Positions 11,389 to 24,990 of a stretch of DNA of 64,000 nt are shown here, in pieces. The stretch spans positions 62,001-126,000 of the forward strand of contig JAKMXF010000364.1 of assembly GCA_024704765.1 (NCBI GenBank), written 5' to 3'. The number at the start of each line of letters is the position of its first letter. Position 1 is the stretch's first letter. Source of the DNA: Oopsacas minuta (Eukaryota > Animalia > Porifera). The notes beneath the pieces were generated by a model. The model saw only the letters and a list, made by a program, of their open reading frames with translations, had not been told where the DNA came from and did no database searches. Position numbers and translations under genes: made by a program.

Positions 11389-12778
11389 CGGTCTGTCAAC
11401 TTGAAATTGGGAAAATCTTTTTCGATGTTAGAATGTTCCTAATTGCATTTTCAAATTGGTTATCGTAATAATATTGATAATTTGTGTTTTTCAACTATTT
11501 CTAGTTATTTCTTAGCCAACTGAACTTCTCTAGCTGACTGTGGTTACAAAATATTTCAATTTATACTTAGTTACTAATCAAATATTCTATGTAAATATTT
11601 ATCACTTGAATTTCTCGCAACACTTATATATCTTCGCTAATAATTTTTTACTTTCATCAATTCAAAACCTTAAAATGAAAGAGCAAGAACAGCGTAACAA
11701 TATCAAGATACTTTTTGACACAGAAATCACGAATTGTATGGAATTATCTCGAAGAACTGGAGTTCCAAAAAGTACAGTTTATCGCACTGTTTACAAATTG
11801 AGGAATGCTGAATCCATTGATAGAAAGATTGGTTCCAGGAAACAGCGTCAGATCAAAGCAAATAACGCTAGATCACTTGTTAGTTTGGCAATCAACAATC
11901 CTAGGTTATCTGTGAGGAAGTTTACTTGCAAATTTAACAAAAGGCGGGGTCTATCGTTCTCACACGAGGCTGTAAGGATTGAGATGAAGCTGCGTGGCTT
12001 CACTCGCAAGGTTGCTAGAAAGATTCCGATGCTTACACAAACCCATAAGGCTTATCGTGTCGATTGGGCTAAGTCTAACAGATGTAGAGATTGGGAGAAA
12101 GTGATATTTAGCGATAGCGATGAGATGTCCATTTGGTTAGCTGGTAGCAGAGTATGTGTCTGATGTAAAGGTGATTCGAAACCAGTAAAACCCAGTACGA
12201 AACACTCTCCTAAATTGCATGTTTGGGGAGCGTTTTCAGCACGTGGAACGTTTCCTATCAAGGTTTTCAGAGAAAATCTCACCGGCGACTTTACTGCGAC
12301 ATTCTGCACGAATGTTTAGTAGGACAAGCAAGTGTCTTATACCCTGATGGATAGGTTTTCCAGGAAGACAATGATCCCAAACACACGTGCAACCTTGCTA
12401 AAGGATACATGGAGGAGAAAGGGATACATAGGATGGATTGGCCTGCTTGTAGTCCGGATTTGAATCCGATCGAGAACCTCTGGCCGTGGATCAAGAGAGA
12501 AATCGATTTGAAGTCACCACGAAATTTAAATGAGCTGGAAAGGGAGCTAAATGAAGTATGGAATTCTTTGGAACATGAATTTTTACGTCCATTTTGGTCA
12601 TCGATGCCAAAAAGAGTCAAATTAGTACGGAAAAGTAACGGAAATAAGATAAATTATTAGGCCTACTCTATTATTGATTGTTTAAGGATTCTAATAACAT
12701 ATTTAGAATAGAAATACACTAAATGTACTTGTAGCTAGGGAAAAACAAAGATCTTCCCAATTTCAAGTTGACAGACTG
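11389..12778 (+). mobile_element. Tc1 DD34E element, transposase pseudogene (~11675-12660)
   Basis: TIR C(G/A)GTCTGTCAACTTGAAATTGGGAA(A/G)ATCTTT with TA TSDs. VIFSD(SD)EMSIW, QEDNDPKH, SPDLNPIENLW (34 spacing). Stops and frameshifts present. Confidence 0.92.
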
Positions 12779-12780
12779 TA

Positions 12781-13400
12781 GTAAGGATAAGAAGCGATCA
12801 TGGGTGAGGGGCGACGAACAACCGGTGAAAATTCCTAGGCCCGACTTCAGAAAACCTAAGATTATGTACACCATCTTCTTCAGTAGTCATGGAATTGTCT
12901 TGCAATTACCTTGTGAGAGTGGCAAGGCTGTTACTGCTACTTTCTTTACAGAGCAAGTGCTTCCAAATTTGATAAAAAATATAGAAAAGTACCGCCCGAA
13001 AGCCGGAACTCGAGGAATGAAGATTTTAATTGATAACGCCAGTTCCCATACAGCTAAGCTTACCAAAAATTTCTTGGATATAGAGGGGTTAGAATTACTT
13101 CCCCATCCATCATACTCACCAGACCTAGCTCTGTGTGATTTTTGGCTCTTCCCCAAGCTTAAATCTGCCTTCAAGGCAAAGATTTTAACACATTACAAGC
13201 ACTCGGAACGGGCCTGTACCAGTACTTCGAATCCGTCCCCGAAGAACAGTACAGAAATGTGTTTACAAGCGGGTGGAAAGGTTGAAACTTTGTGTACCTG
13301 CAGGAGGGGATTACTTTGAATAAATAATACAGTGAATTAGTGTTTATAGTATTTGTGTCATATTCTATGATATCACCTGCAAGACTTATTGACGCCCTAG
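12781..13400 (+). mobile_element. 5'-truncated mariner DD34D fragment with 3' TIR
   Basis: LIDNASSH...YSPDLALCDFWLF. Ends GCAAGACTTATTGACGCCCTAG|TA. Same family as 60658-61992. Confidence 0.9.
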
Positions 13401-13494
13401 TAATAAATGAAAGGCATAATTCTTATGCTTTGTTAACCAAAGTCTAGCTCGGATAATGCTTGAATTTAGTGAAATTTCATTCAATTCAAATTTA

Positions 13495-14850
13495 CAGAGT
13501 GGGCCATGGAAGATTGATCAAAAGTAAATTGCTCTAGCACGTGCAATTTTTGTCAGACTTCAGTGGTTCACCATTCATTTTAAAGCTGAGATAAATAGTT
13601 TTTAAATAATACTAACCAAACTACCCATAGGTATATGTAATGTCGCTCCAGCAGGATATCAAAGTCAAGTTACTTTACTGGTATATTGAAAATGGGAGAA
13701 GTTTTTTTTCGGCCCAACGAGCTTTCAAAGTGTACTACAAGACATTAAGGCACCTGCTAGGAACACAATCATGAATAATGTCAAGTGGATGGAGGAGGTG
13801 GTACGGTAGGCAATATAAAACTAAAGGGACCCAAGAAGACTGTTAAAACCCCCTGAAAACATTCAAAAATCAAGAAGAAACTGGCAAATTCACCCCATCG
13901 CGCAACAAGAAGGCTATCTGCAGAGACTGCAATCAGTAGGAACTCAGTGAGGAGGATCCTTAATGATGACATTGGAGCCTTTCCTTACAAAATACAGATG
14001 CAGCAAAAGCAAGTAAATCAAATCAGAAGAAGAGAATCCAACTTGCCACGTACATTTCCAATAAGATTGAGGAAGAACTTTTGAAGATCATTGAAGTTTA
14101 TTGGTCTGACGAGGTAAACTTTCATCTTTCAGGACATCTAAACAAGTAGAACATGAGGTTCTGGGCATTGGAGAAGCCAGAACCTATTGCCCAGAGACCC
14201 TGGAGCACTGAAAAGTTGGTTGTCTAGTGTGCAGTTGCCCATGACCGGATCATAGGCCAGTACTTTTTTGAAGATGAGGATGGCAAAACCTGTACGGTGA
14301 ACCGGTGGAGATGCTTGGCAATGCTGAAAGGATTCTACCTTCCCAACATCAGGAGACATGGTGAACTGAATACTATTACTTTCCATCAGGATGGAGCACC
14401 CCCACACTATGCCAATTTTGTTCGGGACTGGCTACAAGAGAAGTTTGGTGACAGGGTGATTGGTCGTGGATTTGCCAACTTCTGGCCCCCATATTCCCCT
14501 GGACTTAATCCTTCGATTTTTTCCTGTGGGGCTACCTGAAGTCAGTTGTGTATAGAGATCCTGTTCCTAAGACACTAGAGGACCTCAAGAAGAACATCAG
14601 AAGAGAAATCAGGAAGATTGATGGAGAAACTCTGGCTAAAGTGTGCGATAATGTGCTTGTCAGACTACAAAGAGTACTCGGTAGGAAAGGGGCATGAATC
14701 GAGTACCTGATTAATGGCTGAAGATGAAAGGATGATGTATTCACAAACAATTTATCTATATTTTTAAAATTTTTGCAGAATTAATATTATTGTTTCGTTT
14801 TCAAAATTGAGAGCAATTTATTTTTGATAGGACTCCCGTGGCCCACCCTG
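13495..14850 (+). mobile_element. Tc1/mariner DD41D (rosa/Visitor-type) element, decayed
   Basis: TIR CAG(A/G)GTGGGCCA(T/C)GG...ATCAAAA(G/A)TAAATTGCTCT with TA TSDs. WSDEVNFHL, HQDGAPPH, WPPYSP(G)LNP-D with ~41 spacing. Confidence 0.85.
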
Positions 14851-14859
14851 TACATATAT

Positions 14860-16429
14860 TTAACGGTAAGTGACTTTCTATGCGTATAGTTTGACACTTT
14901 CCAAAGAATTTCGGAATTGGTCTTCTATCTGCTTATGCTGTCATATCACATATACTATTAAGCTTCCTTCCAATATGCTTGTCTCGCAATATCGTAGGGA
15001 AATAAGCCTAATAAATGAAATAGAAATAGTCAGAGACTCCGAAGCATTGTCAATTGGGACTTGCGTCTCTTATCATTTTATCCTTAGTCTGACCATTCAA
15101 CGCTTGCTTTCAACATTAGACCCAGTTCCTGATTCACACTACCCACTAAAATTAAGATATCTGATTGATTGGATGGCTCCGGTTGTCGTCAAACCTATGA
15201 CCAACAAAGCAACAATTCTGTATTAAGCACAAAAAACTTTCATTTTGTTCGGATTCAAAGTAATATCAATTACAGACACACTTGGAAATGGCGTGTTCTA
15301 TAACAGCTCACTCAACCTTTCCATTCTGCTTTAGGCCAGTAGCACTGATAGCTTTGAAAGAAGAATATTCTAGGGTAAAGCTTATCATAGATACAATAGT
15401 CAATCTTCAAACATACCATATCATACAGGATGGGTTATCTCTTATTGGAAGCCATGCACAGGTCGAGATGGTCCGTTCCCTTTTTGATACCAAGATGGCA
15501 GGATTGCTGGATGGAGCTGGTGTTGCTTTTTGTTATCTGTGTATTGCAATGGATAGCCAAATTAAAAGTTTAGAATGGCCCCGTTCTGGTTTCCTTATTA
15601 ACAGATTAACTAGTGATGCTCGGCAACTTTTTGAAGAGGTTGGAGAAGATTAATTGAAACTCCCATCAAATCAACGTGTTGGTATTACGCATCAACCAAC
15701 TTCTAACATCAATATTATAGCTGCATCTCCTTTGCATGCTTCCCTTTGTGTATTCAGGTGGTTCATGCTATTGATATACCATCTTGATGCAGGACACAAG
15801 GTGCGGGCACCATTAAACTTGAAAGTAAATTCTTCTATGAAACGGGTCCAAGCTAAATTCCAGGAAAAGATGTAACTTCAGTGTCGATATTCTTCCAAGC
15901 CAGGGCGGCACTTCAACTACTGGTAACATTGCGCAAGACTGCTTTCTAAATAAGAGAGACCTGTTGATCTGGGTCACCTATTCCATTAATCCTTCAGATA
16001 AAGTATCATTAGAGAAGATCAGACGAATTTATCTGTTTTGTTAAGACTCCTCAACAGTGTTGACTGGATTAACTGTGACCAAATGCAAGAATTGTGCAAA
16101 GAAACGTGCGAATTTATTCTAGTTAAGTACCCATAGGCAAGCATCACTCCCTCCTTGCGCAAGTTACTTGCCCATATTCGTTTCAGTTAATAGGTGCTTA
16201 CAATAATGGTAAGGGATTACAGAATCTCTCTGAGGAACGTTTAGAACCCTGCAATAAATTTGTAAGGCGGCATCGGGAGAATCTTGCAAGAAAAAATTCT
16301 TTCACAGATAATATTAGAAATATTTTGGTCAGGTTGTTATATTGTAGTGACCCCATCTTAGTACAGAATCGTTTGAAGCAGGCAAAGAAGAAAAGAGACG
16401 TTGCAAATAGCCTCCAAGAAGTATTATAA
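14860..16429 (+). pseudogene. RAG1-core-like/Transib transposase relic (copy C, no zinc tail)
   Basis: D*LDGSG (~15165), SLFDTKM, CYLC, ASPLHASL, GGTSTTGNIAQ, ITPSLRKLLAH, LSEERLEPCNKFVRRHRENLARK, SDPIL. Collinear with the 32331 ORF. Confidence 0.88.
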
Positions 16430-16723
16430 AATAGTATACTATCAGATGATTTATGATAATAAGTATATCCAATAGTCATACATAATTAAGGGTCTTTAAA
16501 TTGTACGTTATCAAATAGCAGAATAGAGACCATGACATGCATGTATTATCAACTTTCATAACATCCTTACTATTGAACCACAATTGTTAAAAATTAAAAA
16601 ATGTCGGTAATTACGTCGTAACTAGGTTTATAGTTGTACTACTAAAGAATTATTTGTATTTTTGAAATCTAGAATGTCGATTTAGTATATGCAAGTATAA
16701 TTGTGGTGATATTACAGATTCAT

Positions 16724-16762
16724 TTACCTATTTCCCCATTATGGCCATTTTGCCACACGGTG
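16724..16762 (-). repeat. 3' TIR of RAG1-like copy C (heptamer-23-9mer)
   Basis: Minus strand reads CACCGTG TGGCAAAATGGCCATAATGGGGA AATAGGTAA. Confidence 0.8.
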
Positions 16763-17592
16763 CTCAAAAAACTCTGTATTAACCATGGGCACGACACCGG
16801 AGGGACACATGGCACTATGACACTGGTAAACTCGTATTCACTACCTCTAAACAACATCAAATGAAATCTAAGTAATATACATTGTCTAACAAGGTTTCTG
16901 TTCCTTGGACACAATACATCTGATTGTATGTTATCGAACATGGTGATTCCGAATATGAATCTCATTATTATTCAGAACCTCACAATTTCCTAAAAATTAG
17001 GTCAAAAGATTGAAAATTACTAATACACCCAAATTTTCCTGTGGAAATTGCTAGTAGTAATTAAAGAACAGTGAAGATTTGCACTCTAATATGTATTTGG
17101 ATCCTACTACACCGTCAACAGCTCTATTTCGGTAAATTGATCAAGATACAAATGAAATCATGAATTAAACTATAAAAGTAGAGAAAAATTCTTAAAATGT
17201 AGTGTCCATAGAAATTTACAATACACCGTCAGATTTCTATTATGTATTTAATTGAAATAGATTGAATTACGTGAAAGATTTTCTTGGGATTTCAACACAA
17301 TTGCACTTTGTGAGCTGGATAATGTATAATTGTGACGTGTTAGAGAAAATACTTCGAAGATTTTGAATCGGTATATTGGATGATTATACAGGATGCGATA
17401 TATTTATGCAGTAAGGGAAACAGAAATTTTTTCAATATTTGTTGTACAGTGTATTCTGGTCAATTTCCAACAGAAGACAGAGTATTTTCAATGGAAATTC
17501 CCATCCTTAGTGATTAGATATTTGTGATATTCACTAATACAGTCGAATCTTGCTTAATGGCAACCCCAGAAGCGATCACAATTTATCTGGAG

Positions 17593-17782
17593 CAGGGTTT
17601 CATCAAGGTTCTCAGGGGCATACGTCTAGAAATGGGCTCTAACTTATTTCATACGTCTTGACTATACATTTTGTACTACGATCTAAGAGTTTCTACCCTA
17701 GATATATATATTCGTACGTAGAGATATATTTGCCCAAATTAAGCGCCTGTAGTCCCACAGTATACGCCTGAATGCCACCCTG
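17593..17782. mobile_element. hAT (Charlie/Buster-type) MITE
   Basis: Ends CAGGGTTTCAT / AATGCCACCCTG. 8-bp TSD ATCTGGAG / ATCTAGAG (7/8 match). Confidence 0.7.
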
Positions 17783-17961
17783 ATCTAGAGGGTCTGGACT
17801 CCTCAGGTTTGCATGCATAGTTTGTATTTATATAAAATTTACACAAATGTTGCAACACTCTGGCTTTGTTGGCTCCCAGCTTTGATCTTGTCCCCTAAAA
17901 TATGAAGCCTATGTCTGACATGAAGTTTAGTGATAGGAAAGGTTACGACAAGTATCATATA

Positions 17962-18873
17962 CAGTCAAGGGACAAAAGTATTCGACCACACAAATATATT
18001 GTCATAAATTGTATACTCTTTCCCTCTCCTATATATTGTGTAGTCTATATTCGTAGCTGCAATCTAGTAATTTGCATAGAATAACATATGTTTTTCAAGA
18101 ATTTCAAAAAAATATTTTCGATTTACACTTTTTGAAGGTGTTCATTATTAATAATTATTAGATAATTATTGATAATCAAATATGTGGTAATTCAAAGCCT
18201 ATTAAGAATCTATAATTTCTGACTTGATATTTGAATTCTACGTAGGCGAGTTACCCCAGATTGAAATTTCCAATCGAATTGAACAACTTTTACTAAAGTT
18301 ATAGAAGAATTCCAATTTGTGCCATTTGTGCCACCTTTTGCCCAAGGTGGCACAAGTGGCCGCTACCAAGAAGTTATTTTGTAATTCAAGGGTTAGCATA
18401 GTTATATCATTCGAAAATAGTACTTTGACTTATTCCTCCTAACCCTAGTTGATTTCCTTGTAGTGGCGCTTTTTCCTGCCACCTGTGCCACTTTTTCAAA
18501 AAGTGGCACAAGTGGGACAAATTGAAATTCTTCTATAACTTTAGTAAAAGTTGTTCAATTCGATTGGAAATTTCAATCTGGGGTAACTCGCCTACGTAGA
18601 ATTCAAATATCAAGTCAGAAATTATAGATTCTTAATAGGCTTTGAATTACCACATATTTGATTATCAATAATTATCTAATAATTATTAATAATTAACACC
18701 TTCAGAAAGTGTAAATCGAAAATATTTTTTTGAAATTCTTGAAAAACATATGTTATTCTATGCAAATTACTAGATTGCAGCTACGAATATAGACTACACA
18801 ATATATAGGAGAGGGAAAGAGTATACAATTTATGACAATATATTTGTGGTCGAATACTTTTGTCCCTTGACTG
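17962..18873. mobile_element. 912-bp foldback (Tc1-type non-autonomous) element with ~370-400-bp near-perfect arms
   Basis: TA|CAGTCAAGGGACAAAAGTATTCGACCAC ... GTGGTCGAATACTTTTGTCCCTTGACTG|TA. The arms are reverse complements with only a few mismatches. Confidence 0.93.
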
Positions 18874-19675
18874 TATATTGAACATAAAGCATTTTCTGTC
18901 AATTTGTCCAAGTTGATTGAAGAATTGGTTAAGAGCTACAAACTTGAAATTAGCTATATAGGTTCAATATGGTCCATCTTAGAACATTTTAGATTTCTAA
19001 GTGAAACTTGAAGCATCTCTGAGATAACCTAACGAAATTTTCTATCCCATGATAAATGGAATAGGTACACTAGATTGAGGTATTGGTTAGAGCTACAATT
19101 TTGTGATTTCTTGAAATGTGAATAGTCGTACATGATTTTAATATGTAAGCGATACCTCATAAATTCTCCAAGATAAGTGTAGAAATATATTAACTCATGA
19201 GATTTGATCGTTTATTAACTGAGATTATCTTGCTATTTCAACTGTGTGGCTTTAACACAGGTTTATTAGAATGCAAAAATATTCTATAAGTACAATTTCG
19301 CAAATTCTCAAAGTACCAGTTGAATAAACGTTGATCTGTCTTGTGGATTATAATTTTATGTAGTAGGTATATGTAGCCTTTGTAACCACTTTATTGAGTC
19401 GTTTTATCGGTTTAATTACTTATGGATAATCATATGCGGGGTTCTTTAATTTTAATTAATTATTTTTATTAATAACAATCATGATTTGAATAATATTATA
19501 TGATTAATTAATTATCGTATTCACCGTCAACAATCTCATCAATGACGTTCAATATACAAAAATTAAATTATTCAATTGAGGTCCACACTTAGCACTTTAA
19601 CCAGAAATCATAGAATTGGATTCCAAACTTGGATAAGTACAATGCAAATATGAAGGGAGGCACATCGTAAATGTA

Positions 19676-21016
19676 CAGGGTGTCTCAAAAGTTTTTTCAC
19701 CATTAGTATTTCAATATATTTGAACCGAAATCAGTCTACCTCATTTACTACCTACCCATTTCTTTTAGCATTGTCAATTTATAGTTGATTAATGTTCTCA
19801 ACCATGAGTAGTATCAAACATTTAATTTTGTGATTCATTTTGCGATACTTTGTATAATTATCAAATTTCAATATTATCGATGTCAAAATGACGAGATTAT
19901 CCATCCGCGAGAGAGCGATAGGTATGCTACTAGCTGGTTCCACTCAAAGAACAGATGCTGACACACTTGGAGTCACAATTCGAACCGTAAAGAATTGGAA
20001 CAAAAAGCAAATAGCTGGAGAAATGCTCAATGACAAGCCTCGTTCTGGACGTCGGCCTAAACATTCCTGGGTCCCAAAATAATAATTCGAGAATCCATAG
20101 GCAAACGATGGCATTCAACTCGGAAATTGGCGAATATATTTCAAGTAAATGTGTTGCGATTAGCAAAGATACTGTCCACTGTTATTTACACAATTCTATT
20201 GAGGCTAAAGCGTATAAACGCCCATCAAACCCTAAATTCACGGAAGTACAGAAGTCTAAAAGGGTCAAGTTCTGTCTTGAGCAAAAATCTTGGACTTCAC
20301 TTGATTGGGAGCGAGTTTTCTTCAGTGATGAAAGCCCCTTTGAGCTTTTTTACCCTACAAATTCACAGAATGATCGGGTTTGAGACGTCAGTTCGCGTAA
20401 TATCACTCCAGTCGAAAAGGTCAAAAATCCTCCAAAATTAATGGTCTGGGGAATGATGAGTCATCGTGGACTATCAGAACTCCATCTAATCTCTCCAAGA
20501 AAATCTGTGAATGCGGACTATTATATCAATGAAATACTGGATAAGTGCTGTCTCCCTACCTATAAACGTAAGAAGATGGAGGGCCCCTGACTCAGAGGAA
20601 ATTGTATCGAAAGATATCCGACACTATTTTTATGCAGGATGGAGCCCCTGCTCATACTGCGATAAAGACACAGAAGTGGCTTTCTGATCATTTACCAGGA
20701 TTCTGGGCGAAAGATATCTGGCCTAGTAACTCGCCAGATTTGAATCCTATAGAAAATCTGTGAGCCATTATGCAGGCAGAGCTGGACAAGAGGAAGCTCG
20801 CTACTAATCTAAAACAACTCGCGAAAATCTTGGAAAATATCTGGAGTGGTATTAACCCATCGATTCTCCAGAATTTAATCGATGGAATACCAAACCGCAT
20901 TAATTCTTGTATTGAACTTAACGGTGAATACATTGACAAATAGCCTAATGATTCTTTACATTAAATACAATTTACTGGCTTGATGAATAAGGTGGAAAAA
21001 CTTTTGAGACACCCTG
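19676..21016 (+). mobile_element. Tc1-like DD37E element, transposase pseudogene (~19888-20943)
   Basis: TIR CAGGGTGTCTCAAAAGTTTTT(T)C(A)ACC with TA TSDs. FFSDESPF, MQDGAPAH...SPDLNPIENL with 37 spacing. Confidence 0.92.
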
Positions 21017-21594
21017 TAAATAACAACAACAGTACAGTACAACCTCTAAAAGTGATGACATTAAACAACAAGCAAACACCTCTAAAATATGAACACTTTT
21101 CTCGATCCCAAGTTACTCCAATTGTTTACAAAGTGGTCACCCCTTGTGAATGTGAACACCTCTGAAATGTAAAATGTGAACACTTAGTTTGGTCCCCAAT
21201 GTCTAATTGCATAGAATTTGACCTCGTAAAAATAAAAGGGGTTTTTCAGGCATATCTTTAACTAGCTGTCAGCTTTGTTATCACGCTAGCTGTGAAAGCT
21301 GGGATGTTTGTTGATGTAGCTTCAATATACTAGAGGCTTCGTCATACAATGGGCAGAAGAGACAACATATTTGCCTGGACAATGCTTCCACACATTTGTG
21401 TAAACATGGCGGTCCTATAAACCACATTTTCAGAAATCTGTATTCATTGTCAGTTGAATTGTTCCGGTCATGAAAAGTTAACACTTCTCAATAGCGAACA
21501 TTTTTGCCGTTCCACAAGGTGTTCACCTTTAGGAGGTTTACGGTACTAAGAATTGTTAATTTGTATTATTTTCGATCCATGGTAGGAAAGGGAC

Positions 21595-21939
21595 AAGAAC
21601 TTATTTCGACATTTTCAACATTTGGATATATACATTTCAATATAAGGAATAGACTTGGAATCGAGAAGGCGACAAAACAAATATTTTTCTACTGAATGCT
21701 CAATTTACAAGTATCTAAATACAACCCCAATGATATTTTAACATTATTTTACTTTCATATTCATACAAAGTTTAGATTTAGCCAAAATAACTACCTAACC
21801 ATGTGATTCTCAGTATATTTGATCTATCAGGCAAAATATCTGATAAATAATAGAAAAATCAAATAAAAACAAATCTGATTTAAATAAAATACACCCGATT
21901 CATGTTTTATTGTAAAAGTCACGATTTTTATCAACCCTG
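21595..21939 (+). mobile_element. hAT 3' fragment (dimerization-domain tail plus 3' TIR)
   Basis: FSTFGYIHFNIRNRLGIEKATKQIFFY followed by end TTTTTATCAACCCTG. Same TIR as 26163-26568. Confidence 0.6.
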
Positions 21940-22919
21940 AGATTCATATGTATTGTCTAAATTAAATGCACATGTTGAAATTATCCATATTCTTATATGA
22001 AGCTGCAAAATGTTTAGATTGGAAAAGATGCATAGCCTAAAAACAAATTTCGATCTTATAACTAATTTCTTATCAGTCATATATGAGGGGAAATAGAAAA
22101 GTTCGTTTACTTTAGTTCAGAAAAATTAGTATATGTAAGAAGCAAATCTTCAAAATGACTTTTCAACGTAATTTCCTCTCACTGGCATACACTTCTTCCA
22201 GTGTTAAACCCAACTCAAGGATGAACTTTCATTCCATTGTTCGGGGTAGCGCGTACACACTGATAGATAGCTCTTGCAATGGCTTAACTAGATAAATAAT
22301 GCCTCCCTTTCAATGAATTGTAGGGAATAATAAAGTCTCTAGGCGCTAGATCTGGAAATAGGGCGAATGGAGAGAGACTGGTTAATGGTGTGCTTCCATT
22401 GAGTAGTCTGCTGTATTGTCTCAAGATCATAGCTAAATATACAGGTTTCAACATGGTAACTGTCGTGTCGAGAAATTTCCTTTGGCCAGTTTTATATCGA
22501 AAAATGATTTCTTGGGAAATTCTACTCCTACTCGTTTCTGATGAATATTCAGCATTTTTGGCAGAAGCCTTGCTATATCCTAGATATTCGTGTAGAATCC
22601 CGGTAATCTATGTGTTGATGTACGGAGGTATCCTCTAAAAGCTCCAACGTAATTCATCTGATGGGACTAATCCATTTTACACGATCAATTTTCTGCTGAA
22701 TTACAGGAGTGATGTGCGACACTGCATTCGTTATCTTGAAGACTTGTACTCCTGATATACCAGAAGTGTCAATTATTGTATCAAAATTTTGAAGGAGTAT
22801 TAAACATATCATTTCATATTATCGTTATATTTTATCATGAATGAATTTTCTATGGTTGGATTGATTATATCCATGTACTGTGTAGTTAACACTATGGTCG
22901 ATCTTAACTTACTCATATA

Positions 22920-23066
22920 CAATGGAACACCGCTTCGCAACCACACCTGAGTACGGACCACCCCTATATTATAGCCATATTTTATCATTTCGTTTAACTA
23001 CTCCACCCCGAGATTACGACCACATTTTTTGATCCCATGGGTTGTCAAAATCCTGTGGTTCAACTG
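22920..23066. mobile_element. pogo/Tigger-type MITE
   Basis: TA|CAATGGAACACC ... GTGGTTCAACTG|TA, 147 bp. Confidence 0.5.
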
Positions 23067-23509
23067 TAGGTGCCATGTTTTTGTCTAACCAGAATTACTA
23101 GCATTTGTCAGTATGTATTTGACAGACAGTTTTATTGCGTTGTTAAACATTGGTAGGTATTTGTCAGTGGACCAGTCAAACTTATGCTAGTGCTTTAGGT
23201 TGTCTCATACCAATTTTTTGACTCAACTCTTACTAATGACAACTCGCATCAATTGTTCAGTCAACCCGTATCAACTCAAACAATGTTTAGCCGGATAGGG
23301 CACAATGAGGTTACATGTGGAAGACAGGTTATTAAAATGTGGCGTAATTACGTTGATGAGTTGGGGGACGTGCCACACCTGGACCCAACCTCGCGCCACC
23401 TCTGTGTCTAACCGATTCCATCTCTGGTGATTGGTAAGATAATTTTGGCGAAAATTCGCCCATTATGAATCCATGGACGTCGGAAGTAGGGAGTCTGAGT
23501 CGGCTAATC

Positions 23510-24990
23510 CACAGTGATTTAAAACGGGATTTGGTAAGGAATAGGCAATTATACGAGTCCTATCGTTGTATAATGTATTATTTCCTATATATTATCGATA
23601 CCTACGAGTCGATTGCGAGTAGTTATTTTCTTTGAAGATGTCTACATTTTCTTGATATGAAGTCATTGGAGTGTTAAAATTCACTTAAAATATGAGTTAG
23701 TAATAATTGATTCAGCAATAGACTCAAATCATTTCTACACATGACTATAAATCTACTTATCTAGACAAGTATACCAACTATGTGGGCCAGGTTAAGGAAC
23801 GAATAGAGCATCTATATTAGATGGGTGTTGGATACTATCTTGTTTGCAACAATTCGATAACGATGAATGACCAGATTGACTACATATTTCACACGTTCAA
23901 TTTAGCCGAGAGCTTCCATAAATAGGATCGCTCAGGCAGGCTAATCATAAGAAAACATTCATAAGATTAGTCCCGAAACTATTTCCTTGCCACATTTTCC
24001 CGATATTTTGAACAATTTGTCCGAAGATTCTGTCCCTTCTTTAGAGAAATCCTTCAATCCGAATCCAACATTGGACTCTCAAATTAACTCCCCAGAGTGG
24101 GTTAGTATTTTGTTTCATGTTGGTGTGATACTTGCCCAGAGAAATGAATCAAAATCAAAAGATGAGTATTTTTGCACAGATTCCCCAATTCTGGGGTGTT
24201 GACTTTCCTGCTTGAAGTATATTATTTGAGGATTGTAGAAAGTTGTATATGGATTTTTGTTAAAGCTGGTTAATGGCAATTACAATGGTAGATAATACAC
24301 ATTTTAGATAATCAGTTTGGTCAGAAAAGGCCCTTCGAGCAAAATTCTCGCTAGAAGTCGTTCCGCCGCTGGGGTCAGGTAGGTCAACTTTCAAACCAGC
24401 TTTCCTGATTATGAGATTCCATACACTTCATGGATTCTTTAATAGTTAGAGAGTTTTAGGCCTACTCAGTTTATTGATATGAAGATGATATACCAAAAGA
24501 TTATACTACCTAAATTGTTCAAAATCCTAAATAGTAAATTTTCTATATTTTCATAAAATATTTTCACCGAAGATGCATGTATACGAATAAAGTAGAGATG
24601 CTGAAGTTATGTTGATAGTACAGATGGGTGTATGGTTAAGTTAAAACGATCGTTTGATGGAAGTGCAAATAATGAATCAATATCATCAATATCTAAGAAT
24701 AACTGAGCAGCATCTGTAATTTTTCTTTTGATAGGGAATCCATCAGTTACCAATTCTCTGTCGTTCAAATCTTTATGTGTGGCTGTACACATTAGGCAAC
24801 TTGCGCCTCCAGCAGTAGAAAGAATAGCTGATATCTTCCCGTCAAACCATAGATCATACGATATCAACAATAATTAAACTACCTTCTATATATATGCTTT
24901 CTCCAAACTTAGATGTTTCTGGATTGATAACATCGTCCGTGAATGTACGAATATTTGCTTCGTATTACTTCTCAGTATACAGAAAGATGT
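23510..24990 (-). pseudogene. RAG1-like element copy B: C-terminal half of transposase plus 3' TIR
   Basis: Minus strand DGKISAILSTAGGASCLMC, GGTTSSENFARRAF, ITPT*NKILTH, SKEGTES, and tail CEICSQSGHSSLSNCC (23846-23893). TIR CACAGTG ATTTAAAACGGGATTTGGTAAGG AATAGGCAA at 23510-23548. Confidence 0.88.

Noticed and set aside
11540-11674. N-terminal extension of the Tc1 ORF from the GTG start at 11540
   Set aside because: Low-complexity AT-rich leader. The transposase-like sequence starts at the ATG near 11675 (MKEQEQR).
21250-21500. Possible MULE fragment on the minus strand (NVWKH-like)
   Set aside because: Too short and degenerate, with no complete catalytic motif.
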